A DNA stretch of 64,000 bases from Prevotella sp. (GTDB taxonomy: Bacteria; Bacteroidota; Bacteroidia; Bacteroidales; Bacteroidaceae), in NCBI GenBank assembly GCA_045597685.1, contig JAZLKO010000008.1:3097-67096 (forward strand). Direction: 5' to 3'. The notes below the pieces were generated by a model, which saw nothing but the letters and a program-made list of their open reading frames with translations, searched no databases and had not been told where the DNA came from. Below, piece by piece: positions 9,680 through 19,414 of this stretch; the first letter of the stretch is position 1; each line of letters starts with the position of its first letter. Position numbers and translations under genes: made by a program.

Positions 9680-9860
9680 ATTCAAGTTTCTCAAGTTCTT
9701 CAAACTCTCGAAACTCAAGGAGTTAAGGAGTTTCAATTGTGGAGTTAAGAAGTTAAGGAGTTAAGGAGTTAAGACATGAGCCTTGCGTCAGCAGTCAGAG
9801 TCTGTAGTCAGAGTCAGTAGTCAGAGTCAATAGTTATCGTTATCGTTATCGTTATCGTCC
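9680..9860. repeat. Chain of short tandem repeats between co-oriented genes
   Basis: CAAGTTTCT/AAACTCTCG block, GGAGTTAA x~6, GACATGAGCCTTG, AGTCAG(T/A) repeats, GTTATC x4. Confidence 0.88.
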
Positions 9861-9870
9861 GCAGCCAGTG

Positions 9871-12471
9871 TCATTTTATAAGAAATTTGAGCATTTTAGC
9901 CATTAGGGAGGCTCTGTGATGATTACTCTTTATGCACTCAAAAGGAAATCCCATTGTGATGGCCTTGTAGTTTTTTCCATTGTAGGCTATACACGCAGGA
10001 TTGCCATCACTATACTGCATTGCAACGGTGGCTTTTCCAAGGGGGGCCAGCACATCGGTAGTCGTTGCTGCATAATGTTTCGGGTTGAGAGTGTTGTAGA
10101 ACTCGCATTCCACTCCAAATCCCTTTATGGTGTCAGAACTATTGTTGTGCTGAACCATCGTTTCGTCAATCTTCAATACTTTGTTAAGGAAGAATCTGTC
10201 GAGTCCGTCATACTTCATGTCACTACCTACGTAGCTACCGCTGACCAGCAATGAGCCACCGTTGACTGTATAACCATACAAGATAGCCTGCAACTTTTCA
10301 GGGAAAGTTTTATATTTCACAAGCTGATAGTCGCAATCTTTCTCATTGCCGAGAATGAGATCCAGCATTGCATATTTGTCCAACTGTATCAATCTGTTTT
10401 CAACAGCCTTTGATGAACAGCTACATACAGAATATTTTCCAGTTTGTGCAATTGCAGCAATGTGTGTGTCGGGATAATCAAATTCGTTGCCCATGAAGAA
10501 TTGTCCAACAAGATTGTCCGTGGTGTAGCCTAATCCGCTTGTTGCTTCGCTCCCCATATTACTCATATCGAAAGAGGTTTGTCTGCCATACCAACCAGGA
10601 TTGATTCCTTGCCATACACCAGGGTCTGCCTCAAAATCAAATCCCTGTTGAGTGCTTGTACTTACCTGAGCAGGTGATGACAATCTGTGGAAACCATTGA
10701 CAACCAAAATTTTCTTTTTACTTCCTTTATGGTAGAAAGCAGAGAGAGTTTCCGTAGGAAAACTTATTCCACCGCTATTTGCTGCAGCAACCTTGAAAGA
10801 GTATTGCACTTCTGGACGAAGTTTCATTTTGTATGATGTTCCCTTGACTATTGTTCCGTAGTCCCAATCTCCATTTGCACATTTTGTATAAACAAGAAAA
10901 TGTGTAGCATTTGTGTCACCTTCTTTTTCTATAGTGTCATTTTCTGCAGTCCAAGATAATTTCACCTCATTATCATCTGTAAATTCCACTTTAAAATTAT
11001 CAGGAGCGAGTGGGGTTATCTTGTAATCCACACCATGGGCATCAGAAACAAATTTTAATATCGTCTTGTATATCGATCTTGCCAAAGTGAATTTGAAATT
11101 CGGATCTTGTGCCATTCTTACATCAGGGAAATTCTGGTGCGACAACGTTTCTATTATTGCTGATGGAACCTCTGGAATACGTGATTCGGAATAGTTCTGG
11201 TCTCTCACTCCTCGTGTGTTCCAATCTCCGTATGTCTTTGAAATATCGTTATAAATCCCATCCATCAGATTTCGTGCAAAAGTAGCCGAAATATTGCGCG
11301 AAAGTCCGCTACTCAATGTGTCAGCTTCATTCTTTTTTGTGGTGCAGATGGCAAGTGTGCCGTAGGTATCACGACCATTTGGCTGGTAGCCAGCATCACT
11401 ATGCACAGCAACAGATAGTTCTATTGGCACCTTTGTACCTAAAATAGTTGGCATAAACACAGAACCACCTCCTATGTAGTTAGTCATCAGCGACCTGGCA
11501 TTTATGTCGTCACGATAGTCGTCAGTTCCAGAATAGACACTATAGATGTCATAATTCATGCCAGCCCATTGTGCATAATAGCGTGAGCCTTCAAGGCAAC
11601 GGGCAAATCCGCTTGTCTCGCCACCTCTCTCAATATTTCCCATACCACCACCGAAACGAACTGCATCGGTAGTCACCACACCATTATTATTGCTGGAATT
11701 ATTTATTACCACTTGATTACGTGGGCTTATGCCAGCCTCAAATTCAAAAGTGCCAAGATAAACCCATGTGCCGCCACCCATTTGCTGATTGACGAAAAAA
11801 TCTGTCGGCTGCCCCTTGTGAAACACTGTGTAGTGGGCATCATCCACACTACCGTCAACAGTCTGATAGCTCACATACACAGCATATTTACCATCTTCAG
11901 GAATATTCGGTCGGTAAGTAGCAAACGACAATTTGCTCTTTGGCGTACTTTTTATCTTTCGGGCACTGCCTGCACGGAAAGGATTCTCTCCGTCATGATA
12001 AACTCCTGAGTGCAATGCAAATCCTAAAGAATCAGTCCGTTCCCATTGCTCACCATTGTTCACTTCATAGTAAGATGCCAAATTGCCCATGTCGTTGTCA
12101 ACAATCACCTCATTCTTCTGCCAATCGCGTTCACGTGGAGTAAAAACTATTGCTCCAGCATTTTCAAGCATTGGAATGAGATAAGGTACAACAATAGTCT
12201 GCGTAAACAAGTCTTCACGACTACAGAAAAGCGGTGGACGTTGCCATTTCCATTTGCTTTGTGCAGGGTTGTAGTAAATGCCGTGTGAAGCCCATACCGA
12301 CAAATGCCTGTTTTGGAGTCCATGAGTGATTTTCACAGGTGAAGTGACATTTTTTACCCACGGATTACCCTTGTAGTCAATATTACCCCAGAATTGTGCG
12401 TATGCAGCAACTGACACAAACAGCAATGCTAATATGAATGAGAGTTTTTTCAAAATCACAAATTTTTGCAA
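9871..12471 (-). CDS. Secreted amidase-like/FN3 protein often annotated as xanthan lyase
   Basis: Signal peptide, WASHG, golvesin-like GGGTWVYLGTF, AVHSDA, FN3 region; true start probably TTG ~12453 since 12471 overlaps the -7 box. Confidence 0.75.
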   Translation of the reverse strand: MQKFVILKKLSFILALLFVSVAAYAQFWGNIDYKGNPWVKNVTSPVKITHGLQNRHLSVWASHGIYYNPAQSKWKWQRPPLFCSREDLFTQTIVVPYLIPMLENAGAIVFTPRERDWQKNEVIVDNDMGNLASYYEVNNGEQWERTDSLGFALHSGVYHDGENPFRAGSARKIKSTPKSKLSFATYRPNIPEDGKYAVYVSYQTVDGSVDDAHYTVFHKGQPTDFFVNQQMGGGTWVYLGTFEFEAGISPRNQVVINNSSNNNGVVTTDAVRFGGGMGNIERGGETSGFARCLEGSRYYAQWAGMNYDIYSVYSGTDDYRDDINARSLMTNYIGGGSVFMPTILGTKVPIELSVAVHSDAGYQPNGRDTYGTLAICTTKKNEADTLSSGLSRNISATFARNLMDGIYNDISKTYGDWNTRGVRDQNYSESRIPEVPSAIIETLSHQNFPDVRMAQDPNFKFTLARSIYKTILKFVSDAHGVDYKITPLAPDNFKVEFTDDNEVKLSWTAENDTIEKEGDTNATHFLVYTKCANGDWDYGTIVKGTSYKMKLRPEVQYSFKVAAANSGGISFPTETLSAFYHKGSKKKILVVNGFHRLSSPAQVSTSTQQGFDFEADPGVWQGINPGWYGRQTSFDMSNMGSEATSGLGYTTDNLVGQFFMGNEFDYPDTHIAAIAQTGKYSVCSCSSKAVENRLIQLDKYAMLDLILGNEKDCDYQLVKYKTFPEKLQAILYGYTVNGGSLLVSGSYVGSDMKYDGLDRFFLNKVLKIDETMVQHNNSSDTIKGFGVECEFYNTLNPKHYAATTTDVLAPLGKATVAMQYSDGNPACIAYNGKNYKAITMGFPFECIKSNHHRASLMAKMLKFLIK

Positions 12472-12599
12472 AAGTAAGAAAAAACTCTGTTTTTTAATTG
12501 ATAATTGATAATTGACAATTGATAATTATGTTTTTTTAATAGAAAATCCCAAAAACCATCAGTCATCAATCGTCAACCATCAATCTTTTTATATTTTTG
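12469..12599. promoter_or_regulatory. Divergent promoter pair with the heptamer cassette (reverse orientation of 1118-1248)
   Basis: -7 boxes at 12469-12476 (-) and 12592-12599 (+); (AATTGAT/AATTGAC)n - core - (CATCAAT)-like repeats. Confidence 0.7.
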
Positions 12600-12609
12600 C
12601 ACGAAAATT

Positions 12610-12912
12610 ATGAAAAAAGTAAAAATTACTGCTATACGAAAAATTCAGTATGATGACTTGATGGCAAAATACGAAAATCCCATTGAGCATACATGTGATG
12701 TTTGTGAAGGTCAGTCTTGGATAAGTGAAAATGGAGAATGCCCCAATGGTTTGTGCCCCGAAGCATGGAAGACGATGCGCGAATTTGTTGAAGCCTTGGC
12801 AAAAGGCGAAGGAAATTTTTATGATGGTTGGATGAAAAATCCGAATAGTGCAATGATTAGTTGCAACGATGGTTTCCGTCCTGTGAGCTTTTATATTGAA
12901 ACAATTAAGTAG
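12610..12912 (+). CDS. TIGR04076 family protein
   Basis: MKKVKIT..., CPNGLCPEAW, MISCNDGFRPVSFYIE. Confidence 0.85.
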   Translation: MKKVKITAIRKIQYDDLMAKYENPIEHTCDVCEGQSWISENGECPNGLCPEAWKTMREFVEALAKGEGNFYDGWMKNPNSAMISCNDGFRPVSFYIETIK

Positions 12913-12942
12913 TGATAACCTAATCCAAAGACTGGTTGGGGC

Positions 12943-14214
12943 TTAAAAATCAGGTTTAAGACTTATCGATAGCGGCTTATTGGTTATGGGATGAGTGAAA
13001 CTTAGCGAAATGGCTTGAAGATACAGGCGGTTGGACTTTTTTCCATACAATTCGTCTCCAACGATAGGACATCCTAAACCCTCAGAACTTGCACAATGTA
13101 TTCTCAATTGATGAGTGCGACCTGTATGAGGATAGAGGTTTATAAGCGTTCTACCATTATTCTTTGAAATGACTTCGTATTCTGTAATAGCCGTTTTGCC
13201 GTGTTCGTGGTCTATGCGTTGGCATGGGCGGTTGAGATAGTCCGACGACAACGGCAGACTGATTGTTCCTTTATCATTTTCCACCATTCCATCGAGTAAA
13301 GCCCGATAGCATTTCTTCACCTGTCGGTTTTCAAACATACGTTGCAAGTCTGCCTTCGTACCAATACTTTTCACAAGTATCTGAAGCCCAGAAGTAAACA
13401 TGTCCAATCTGTGTACTGGATAATAGGGGAGGATGTCACTGACACAAGGAGCTTTTATCTTACCTGGTGCTGACAACATTCCTGATGGTTTGTTGACTAT
13501 GGCAAGCCATTCATCTTCATAGACTATTTCAAGTTGTCTTTCAAGTTCCTGGTTTGGTTTGTCCAAAGGATTTTCGTCAACGTCCATTCCTCGAAGCATC
13601 CAATTAAGTATAGGTTTACACCTTCCCTGGCAGGAAGGATAATAGTTCAGGTGGTGGCGAATTGTGTTTTTCGGACTTTTGCCCCACCAAAATTCAGCCA
13701 TACAGATAGGCTTCATATGATGCTGAAATGCATATTGCAATAGTTTTGGGGCGCAGCAATCACCACTCCCAGATGGAGGATAGCCCAATGGTGTGTCGGC
13801 AAAGATGCTGAGCAGATTTCTTGTTTCTCCTTTTGCATTGAGCATTTCATATTGGGAGAAAATAAAATCTTGCAACTGTTGCGACTCTTCTTTTTCAGTT
13901 GGTATGGAGTTTTGTGGCAGACTATAAATTTGAGGTACAAAATAATCTGTATCAGCATTGGGCATAGAACCAGAATATGCTGCAAGGTAGCCTGTTTCGG
14001 AACCATTGCTGACAACTAAAACGCCAAACATTTTGCCGATGGAATCGGCATTTTTGTCTTCTGTGCAGTTGCCTATGGGAAATTTTAGTGATAAGTAGTC
14101 TTGCATCTGCTTTGATGCAAGTATGCTGAGTGGATGTGGATTGTAGCAAAAAGGATAGGTGAACTTCTCAGGAAAGGCAATGTTGACTATGTCGTGTAAT
14201 GGATGAAATAGCAT
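12943..14214 (-). CDS. RluA family pseudouridine synthase
   Basis: VNKPSGMLS, HRLD, TGRTHQLRIH, PIVGDELYG. Confidence 0.92.
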   Translation of the reverse strand: MLFHPLHDIVNIAFPEKFTYPFCYNPHPLSILASKQMQDYLSLKFPIGNCTEDKNADSIGKMFGVLVVSNGSETGYLAAYSGSMPNADTDYFVPQIYSLPQNSIPTEKEESQQLQDFIFSQYEMLNAKGETRNLLSIFADTPLGYPPSGSGDCCAPKLLQYAFQHHMKPICMAEFWWGKSPKNTIRHHLNYYPSCQGRCKPILNWMLRGMDVDENPLDKPNQELERQLEIVYEDEWLAIVNKPSGMLSAPGKIKAPCVSDILPYYPVHRLDMFTSGLQILVKSIGTKADLQRMFENRQVKKCYRALLDGMVENDKGTISLPLSSDYLNRPCQRIDHEHGKTAITEYEVISKNNGRTLINLYPHTGRTHQLRIHCASSEGLGCPIVGDELYGKKSNRLYLQAISLSFTHPITNKPLSISLKPDF

Positions 14215-14229
14215 GGATATTTGAAAAAG

Positions 14230-16221
14230 TTACTTTTTAATATTGATGCCTAACTCTTTGGCAAGTAGGTTTCGGCATTCCATACATCTCTTCAATTCAG
14301 CCATAAGTTCTTTCGCCTTCTCGGGATGTGCTTTCAACTCTGCCTGTAACTCTTTTATGCGCGTCTGGTACTTATCCATCTTGAAGTCCATTATCAGATG
14401 GATAACATGATTCCGAATGTCGTTGTTGTCTTCTGTGTATTTCAGCAATCTGCTTAGATGATAGCGTTCAATTGACATTTGTGTAGCAAGACTGTTTATC
14501 TGCACATCTGGATGATTAGTGAAGAATGATTCAGCCTTGAAATCAGCATCAGCCGAGTGCTCAACAGCCAATTTAAGTATAGTGTTGTAAAGTTCATTAC
14601 TGAAACACATGTCGTCAGCATCAAGGTCATATTCTATGTACTGGGCAACATTAATATTGATTATCCCCCCATCATCGTTCTCAATACCTTCAAAGATTAT
14701 GGTCTCTCCATGCCTGATAATTTCCTGCACAAGCAACGATTCTGGTGTATCGGAAATGCTGGTGGGTTTTAGGTTGTGGGTTGTGGGTTGTGGGTTGAGG
14801 GTTGAGGGTTGTGGGTTATGGGTTGTAGGTTGAGGGTTTTTGTTTTCGTTTTCGTTATTGTTATATATCGCTGCTTCACGTTCACGTTGTTTGCGTTTTT
14901 CCTTTTCCTCCATGTCGGTGCTTATGAACTTGTTCATGGTATTGATAAGCACCTGCTCGCCGATGCCTGTTTGCGAAGAGCATTCATGAATGTATGTGGC
15001 TTTTTTGATAGGATCTGGAATCCCGGAAATGCTTTTCACAATGCTGCTTATCGCCTCGGAGCGTTTTATCGGGTCGGTAACATTGTTGAGAAGGACTTTT
15101 ATCTTGAACTCAATAAAATCGGTTTGGTTCTCGTTGATGTAGTTGTTGTATTCCTCAACGGTGTGGTTGCGTGCAAAACTGTCCGGGTCTTCATTCTCGG
15201 GAAGTAATACAATCTTAACATTCATGCCTTCTTCCAGTAGCATATCGGTACCACGCAATGCTGCATGTATGCCAGCCTCATCACCATCGTATAAGAGGGT
15301 TATGTTCGACGTGAAACGATGGAGCAGTCGGATTTGTGCATTTGTAAGTGCAGTACCAGAATTGGCAACCACATTTTCAATTCCACACTGGTGCATGGAG
15401 ATGACATCAGTGTAGCCTTCAACCATATAGACCTTATCTTGTTTTACGATAGCTTTTTTTGCTTGAAAGATGCCATAAAGTTCATTGCTTTTACTATAGA
15501 TTTCCGATTCAGGGGAGTTGACGTATTTTTGGCTTACTCCCTTTGTTCTGGAATCAAGCACTCTTCCTCCAAAAGCACATACTTTTCCGCTTATTGATAG
15601 CCAAGGGAATATCACACGGTCGTAGTAGCGGTCGCGCAATTTGCCATTCTCATTCTTATAGCAAAGTCCTGTGGCGATGATGTATTTTTCCTGAAAACCT
15701 TTTTTCAGTGCAGCCTGAGCCAAAGCATCATTACCTTTAAGAGAATATCCGAGTTGGAATTTTTTGATAATATCGTCACGGAAACCGCGGCTGCGGAAAT
15801 ATTGCAGACCGATAGTTTTTCCATCAATATCATTATACATAATGTCCTGAAAGTAGTTCATTGCCCATTCGTTGACGATAAACATACTTTCGCGGTCGGT
15901 AGCTTCTTGTTTTTCCTCAGCTGTAAGTTCTTTTTCTACAATTTCAATATTGTATTTCTTTGCCAACCACCGCAAGGCTTCAGGATAGGTCATCTGTTCG
16001 TGCTCCATGAGAAAGCCGATGGTATTTCCACCTTTTCCACATGAAAAACAATGACAATAGCCTTTGGCTGGGGAAACTATAAAGGAAGGTGTCTTTTCGT
16101 TATGGAAAGGGCACAATCCTTTATAATTTACTCCAGACTTCTTGAGCGTAACAAACTCACCAACAACATCAACGATGTTGGCTACATTCATTATGCGGTC
16201 GATGGTTTGTCTGTCAATCAT
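14230..16221 (-). CDS. dnaG: DNA primase
   Basis: CPFHNEKTPSF zinc finger, KYVNSPES, VEGYTDV, YDGDEAG toprim, DPD. Confidence 0.96.
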   Translation of the reverse strand: MIDRQTIDRIMNVANIVDVVGEFVTLKKSGVNYKGLCPFHNEKTPSFIVSPAKGYCHCFSCGKGGNTIGFLMEHEQMTYPEALRWLAKKYNIEIVEKELTAEEKQEATDRESMFIVNEWAMNYFQDIMYNDIDGKTIGLQYFRSRGFRDDIIKKFQLGYSLKGNDALAQAALKKGFQEKYIIATGLCYKNENGKLRDRYYDRVIFPWLSISGKVCAFGGRVLDSRTKGVSQKYVNSPESEIYSKSNELYGIFQAKKAIVKQDKVYMVEGYTDVISMHQCGIENVVANSGTALTNAQIRLLHRFTSNITLLYDGDEAGIHAALRGTDMLLEEGMNVKIVLLPENEDPDSFARNHTVEEYNNYINENQTDFIEFKIKVLLNNVTDPIKRSEAISSIVKSISGIPDPIKKATYIHECSSQTGIGEQVLINTMNKFISTDMEEKEKRKQREREAAIYNNNENENKNPQPTTHNPQPSTLNPQPTTHNLKPTSISDTPESLLVQEIIRHGETIIFEGIENDDGGIININVAQYIEYDLDADDMCFSNELYNTILKLAVEHSADADFKAESFFTNHPDVQINSLATQMSIERYHLSRLLKYTEDNNDIRNHVIHLIMDFKMDKYQTRIKELQAELKAHPEKAKELMAELKRCMECRNLLAKELGINIKK
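14764..14858. repeat. Nine heptamers plus GTTTTC hexamers, in frame inside dnaG
   Basis: 14771-14833 = 9 x (A/G)GGTT(G/A)(T/A) = 63 nt, encoding NPQPTTH NPQPSTL NPQPTTH. Confidence 0.92.
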
Positions 16222-16246
16222 TCAGTTTTTATCGGTATTCTACGAT

Positions 16247-16972
16247 TTAATGGTTGTGGGTTGTAGGTTGTGGGTTTTTGTTTTCGTTTTCGTTTTCGTC
16301 TTTCTGTTGCCTTTTTGAATTCTGATTCATTAAATCTTCATATTCTTCAGAATCCCGACGGATGGTAATGGTGCCTTTTACTATGCTGGCTCCTTTTATG
16401 CCAGCAGCTCTTACACGGCGCAACACGGCTGATGCTTTTTCCTGTGACACATAATTGCCCATTCTGCAAATCCAACGAGGGGAGTAGAAATGCGTATAGA
16501 TAGGCTCATTAGGAAATATTCGTTTGGCTTTTCTGCCAATTGCTTCAGCCTGTTGCCTGTCTGAACGTGTGTTACCACCTGCAAACAATTGTATTCTGTA
16601 GCCTTGCACTTTCTGGGCATCTGCCATAATCTTTTTTCTGCCAGTCACAGCGGTCATTAGCGAATCGCGCTTATACACAAATTTCCGACGAATATTCAAT
16701 TCAGGCTTTTTAGGCTTTTCCATAACGGAATCTTTCCTGACGCGGACTTTGACCGTTACCGCTTCATCATGTTTGACCGTGTCACGCTTGACAACCTCAG
16801 GTTTGCGGTTGTCAATAACATAATTGAGCGAAGGGTCTTGATGAATAGTAATTTGTCCCTTCCCGTTTTCAGCCTTCTTTAAATGCCAAATGAAACTTTG
16901 TGCGTTGGCAGAACTTATAAGCAAAACGTTGTCTGCTATCAGTAAGGCAAGTATTACGAATAAGTGCTTCAT
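16247..16972 (-). CDS. SPOR domain protein with a repeat-derived C-terminal tail
   Basis: Signal peptide; GYRIQLFAGGN...PRWICRMGNY SPOR motif; ends ENENENKNPQPTTHNH. Confidence 0.85.
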   Translation of the reverse strand: MKHLFVILALLIADNVLLISSANAQSFIWHLKKAENGKGQITIHQDPSLNYVIDNRKPEVVKRDTVKHDEAVTVKVRVRKDSVMEKPKKPELNIRRKFVYKRDSLMTAVTGRKKIMADAQKVQGYRIQLFAGGNTRSDRQQAEAIGRKAKRIFPNEPIYTHFYSPRWICRMGNYVSQEKASAVLRRVRAAGIKGASIVKGTITIRRDSEEYEDLMNQNSKRQQKDENENENKNPQPTTHNH

Positions 16973-16978
16973 TGTGTA

Positions 16979-17740
16979 TTATTTCTTCCAAGCATCAATG
17001 ATACCCTTGAAATCAGGAGCCTTCAAAGAAGCACCGCCAATCAGGCCGCCATCAATGTCAGGCTTTGCGAAGAGTTCAGGAGCGTTGCTTGCCTTGCAAC
17101 TGCCACCATACAGAATACTCGTCTCATCAGCTACTTCCTTACCATATTTTTCGGCGATAACGCTACGAATGTAAGCATGAATTTCTTCTGCTTGCTCGGC
17201 AGTAGCGGTCTTACCAGTACCAATAGCCCATATTGGCTCGTATGCAATTACTATCTTCTTGAAATCATCAGCACTCAGATTAAACACGCTGCCTTCAAGT
17301 TCGGCTTTTACTACTTCATTCTGTTTGTTGGCTTCACGCTCTTCAAGACTTTCACCGATGCAGAAAATAACTTTCAGACCATTAGCTTGTGCCAACAATA
17401 CTTTTTCTTTCAGTATTTCTGGAGTCTCCTTGTAGTATTCGCGACGCTCTGAATGACCGAGAATAACATACTGAGCACCAGTGCTCTTAACCATTTCAGC
17501 ACTAACCTCACCCGTGTAGGCACCTTTTGCCTTGTCAGCACAGTTTTCAGCACCAAGTCCGATGATGTCCTGATTCAGGAATTGTGCAATACTTGCCAAG
17601 TGGATGAATGGAGTGCAGATGACTACATCACAGTTTGGCTTTTCGTTAGTCAATGTTTCGTTCAATTCTTTTGCTAAAGCAATACCGTCTTGCAGGTTCA
17701 TATTCATTTTCCAGTTTCCTGCTACAATTTTTTTTCTCAT
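16979..17740 (-). CDS. tpiA: Triosephosphate isomerase
   Basis: [35 protein letters not shown]. Confidence 0.98.
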   Translation of the reverse strand: MRKKIVAGNWKMNMNLQDGIALAKELNETLTNEKPNCDVVICTPFIHLASIAQFLNQDIIGLGAENCADKAKGAYTGEVSAEMVKSTGAQYVILGHSERREYYKETPEILKEKVLLAQANGLKVIFCIGESLEEREANKQNEVVKAELEGSVFNLSADDFKKIVIAYEPIWAIGTGKTATAEQAEEIHAYIRSVIAEKYGKEVADETSILYGGSCKASNAPELFAKPDIDGGLIGGASLKAPDFKGIIDAWKK

Positions 17741-17744
17741 TGTT

Positions 17745-18719
17745 TTATTTAATTAAAGTTTTATAAATATTTGCGGTTTTTATTTTCCAGTTGCTTAATT
17801 TACAGACAATGTTACCATGATTCAGTATCATCAGTCCAGGGTTGCTGCGTACCATTGTTTTCAGAGTCACATCATCCATTCTTGCAAAAGAATATTTGGC
17901 GTGTGTTTGCTGTTGCCACTTTTCTATTTCTTCGTCAGAACTGGCTGTGAGGCAATAGAATTTACACCCTCTTTCGGTACACAATTCATAAACCTCATTT
18001 ATATCAGGGTGATGTGCCTTTGCCGCTTCTTGCAGGAATGGCGCAATGAGAAGACAGATTGTTTCTTCATTGAGAATAGAATCTGTAATGTCTTCACCAT
18101 CCATAGATTCAATATAGAAATCTGTTATTTCAGGCATACTGCCGTCTGGTGGAAGTTCCATTTTGCTTTTTATATTGCTGTCGATTTTATACTGACTGAA
18201 ATCTATCGCAGGCAAATAAAAATAACTATGTGCTGCAAACAGGCAGAAAACAATCATCGCTCCACTCACAAGCCATTTGGCTTTTGGCAGGCAGACGGGT
18301 TTCTGCTTTGTGCAGAGCACCACTATCGCTGCCATGACTAAGAATATTACGTTTTTGGCAAATGTCTGCCAATTAGTCAAGACTATCACGTCCCCAAAGC
18401 ATCCGCAGTCATCAACGGCATTTGTCAAAGCTAACCAAAGAGTGAGCATCGTCATTACTGCCATAAATGCCAAAGCTATTTTTGCCGACAGTTTGCCCCA
18501 GAGATTTAGAAAGAGCAATATGCCTAAAGCAAATTCAATCAGCATTAGTATTGCGGCAAATATTAGGACTGAATCCTGACCTATAGGCAATGACCATGCT
18601 GCAAAATAGTCTTCAATCTTGTAGATTGTCCCCATAGGATCATTTGCCTTCACGAGTGCCGAGAAGGTAAATATTGCTCCGAGCAACAACCTACAAATAT
18701 TACTTGCAACCTTCATCAA
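17745..18719 (-). CDS. DoxX family membrane protein (BT_3928-like)
   Basis: [23 protein letters not shown]; usual tpiA neighbour in Bacteroidales. Confidence 0.85.
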   Translation of the reverse strand: MMKVASNICRLLLGAIFTFSALVKANDPMGTIYKIEDYFAAWSLPIGQDSVLIFAAILMLIEFALGILLFLNLWGKLSAKIALAFMAVMTMLTLWLALTNAVDDCGCFGDVIVLTNWQTFAKNVIFLVMAAIVVLCTKQKPVCLPKAKWLVSGAMIVFCLFAAHSYFYLPAIDFSQYKIDSNIKSKMELPPDGSMPEITDFYIESMDGEDITDSILNEETICLLIAPFLQEAAKAHHPDINEVYELCTERGCKFYCLTASSDEEIEKWQQQTHAKYSFARMDDVTLKTMVRSNPGLMILNHGNIVCKLSNWKIKTANIYKTLIK

Positions 18720-19245
18720 GTTTTATCACACCGAATACGGCATAATTTATCATGTCCATGTAATTAGCATCAATGCCTTCCGAAACGAGGGTCTCGCCTT
18801 TTAAGTCTTCAATCTCTTTTGTACGTTGAAGTTTCGTGAGTATAAAGTCTGTGTAACTGCTTATTCGCATACCTCTCCAAGCCTCATTGTAGTCATGGTT
18901 TTTGCGCACCATCAGTTCCAACGCCTCTTTGGAGTACTTGTCGTATAGTTCTAAGGCCTTGTCGTTGTCAATATCAACTTTATCCACATACCCCATGTTC
19001 AGTTGTATCAGTCCTACGATACCATAATTGATGATGGCTATGAATTCTGGTCTGATACCTTCATCCACCAGTCCTTTGCCTCCACTCATTTCCAAAGTGC
19101 GGATACGTTTTGCTTTGATGAAAATCTGGTCGGTGAGTGATTCTGGGCGTAATATGCGCCATGAAGCCTTATAGTCGTGCAGTTTTTTCGAGAACAAACC
19201 CCTGCATTCTGCCATTACTGTTTCGAACTGTTCGTTTGTATTCAT
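18700..19245 (-). CDS. DUF1599 domain protein
   Basis: KKLHDYKASWR, RKNHDYNEAW, DMINYAVF. Confidence 0.88.
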   Translation of the reverse strand: MNTNEQFETVMAECRGLFSKKLHDYKASWRILRPESLTDQIFIKAKRIRTLEMSGGKGLVDEGIRPEFIAIINYGIVGLIQLNMGYVDKVDIDNDKALELYDKYSKEALELMVRKNHDYNEAWRGMRISSYTDFILTKLQRTKEIEDLKGETLVSEGIDANYMDMINYAVFGVIKLDEGCK

Positions 19246-19262
19246 AAATTCGTAATTTGGTG

Positions 19263-19396
19263 CAAAGGTAAGAAAAAGGTTGAGGGTTGAGGGTTGAGGG
19301 TTGAGGGTTTTTATGATTTTTTTAATAAAAAAAACTTAATTGTCAATCGCCAATTATCAATTATCAATTAAAAAACAAAGTTTTTTCATACCTTTG
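19263..19396. promoter_or_regulatory. Divergent promoter pair with the heptamer cassette
   Basis: -7 boxes at 19263-19270 (-) and 19389-19396 (+); (GGGTTGA)x4 - core - (CAATTAT)n. Confidence 0.7.
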
Positions 19397-19414
19397 CGCA
19401 ACAAAATTGTTAGA

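Noticed and set aside
9662-9736. ORF-track 5' extensions of ygiQ, dnaX (19340), GH28 (21169) and the AAA gene (56603)
   Set aside because: They run through repeat arrays, promoter boxes or the tRNA; downstream ATGs match family N-termini.
12943-14214. RluA seems shorter than Bacteroides homologues (coiled-coil region apparently absent)
   Set aside because: Based on memory of typical lengths only; the catalytic motifs are intact and nothing in the sequence marks a lesion.
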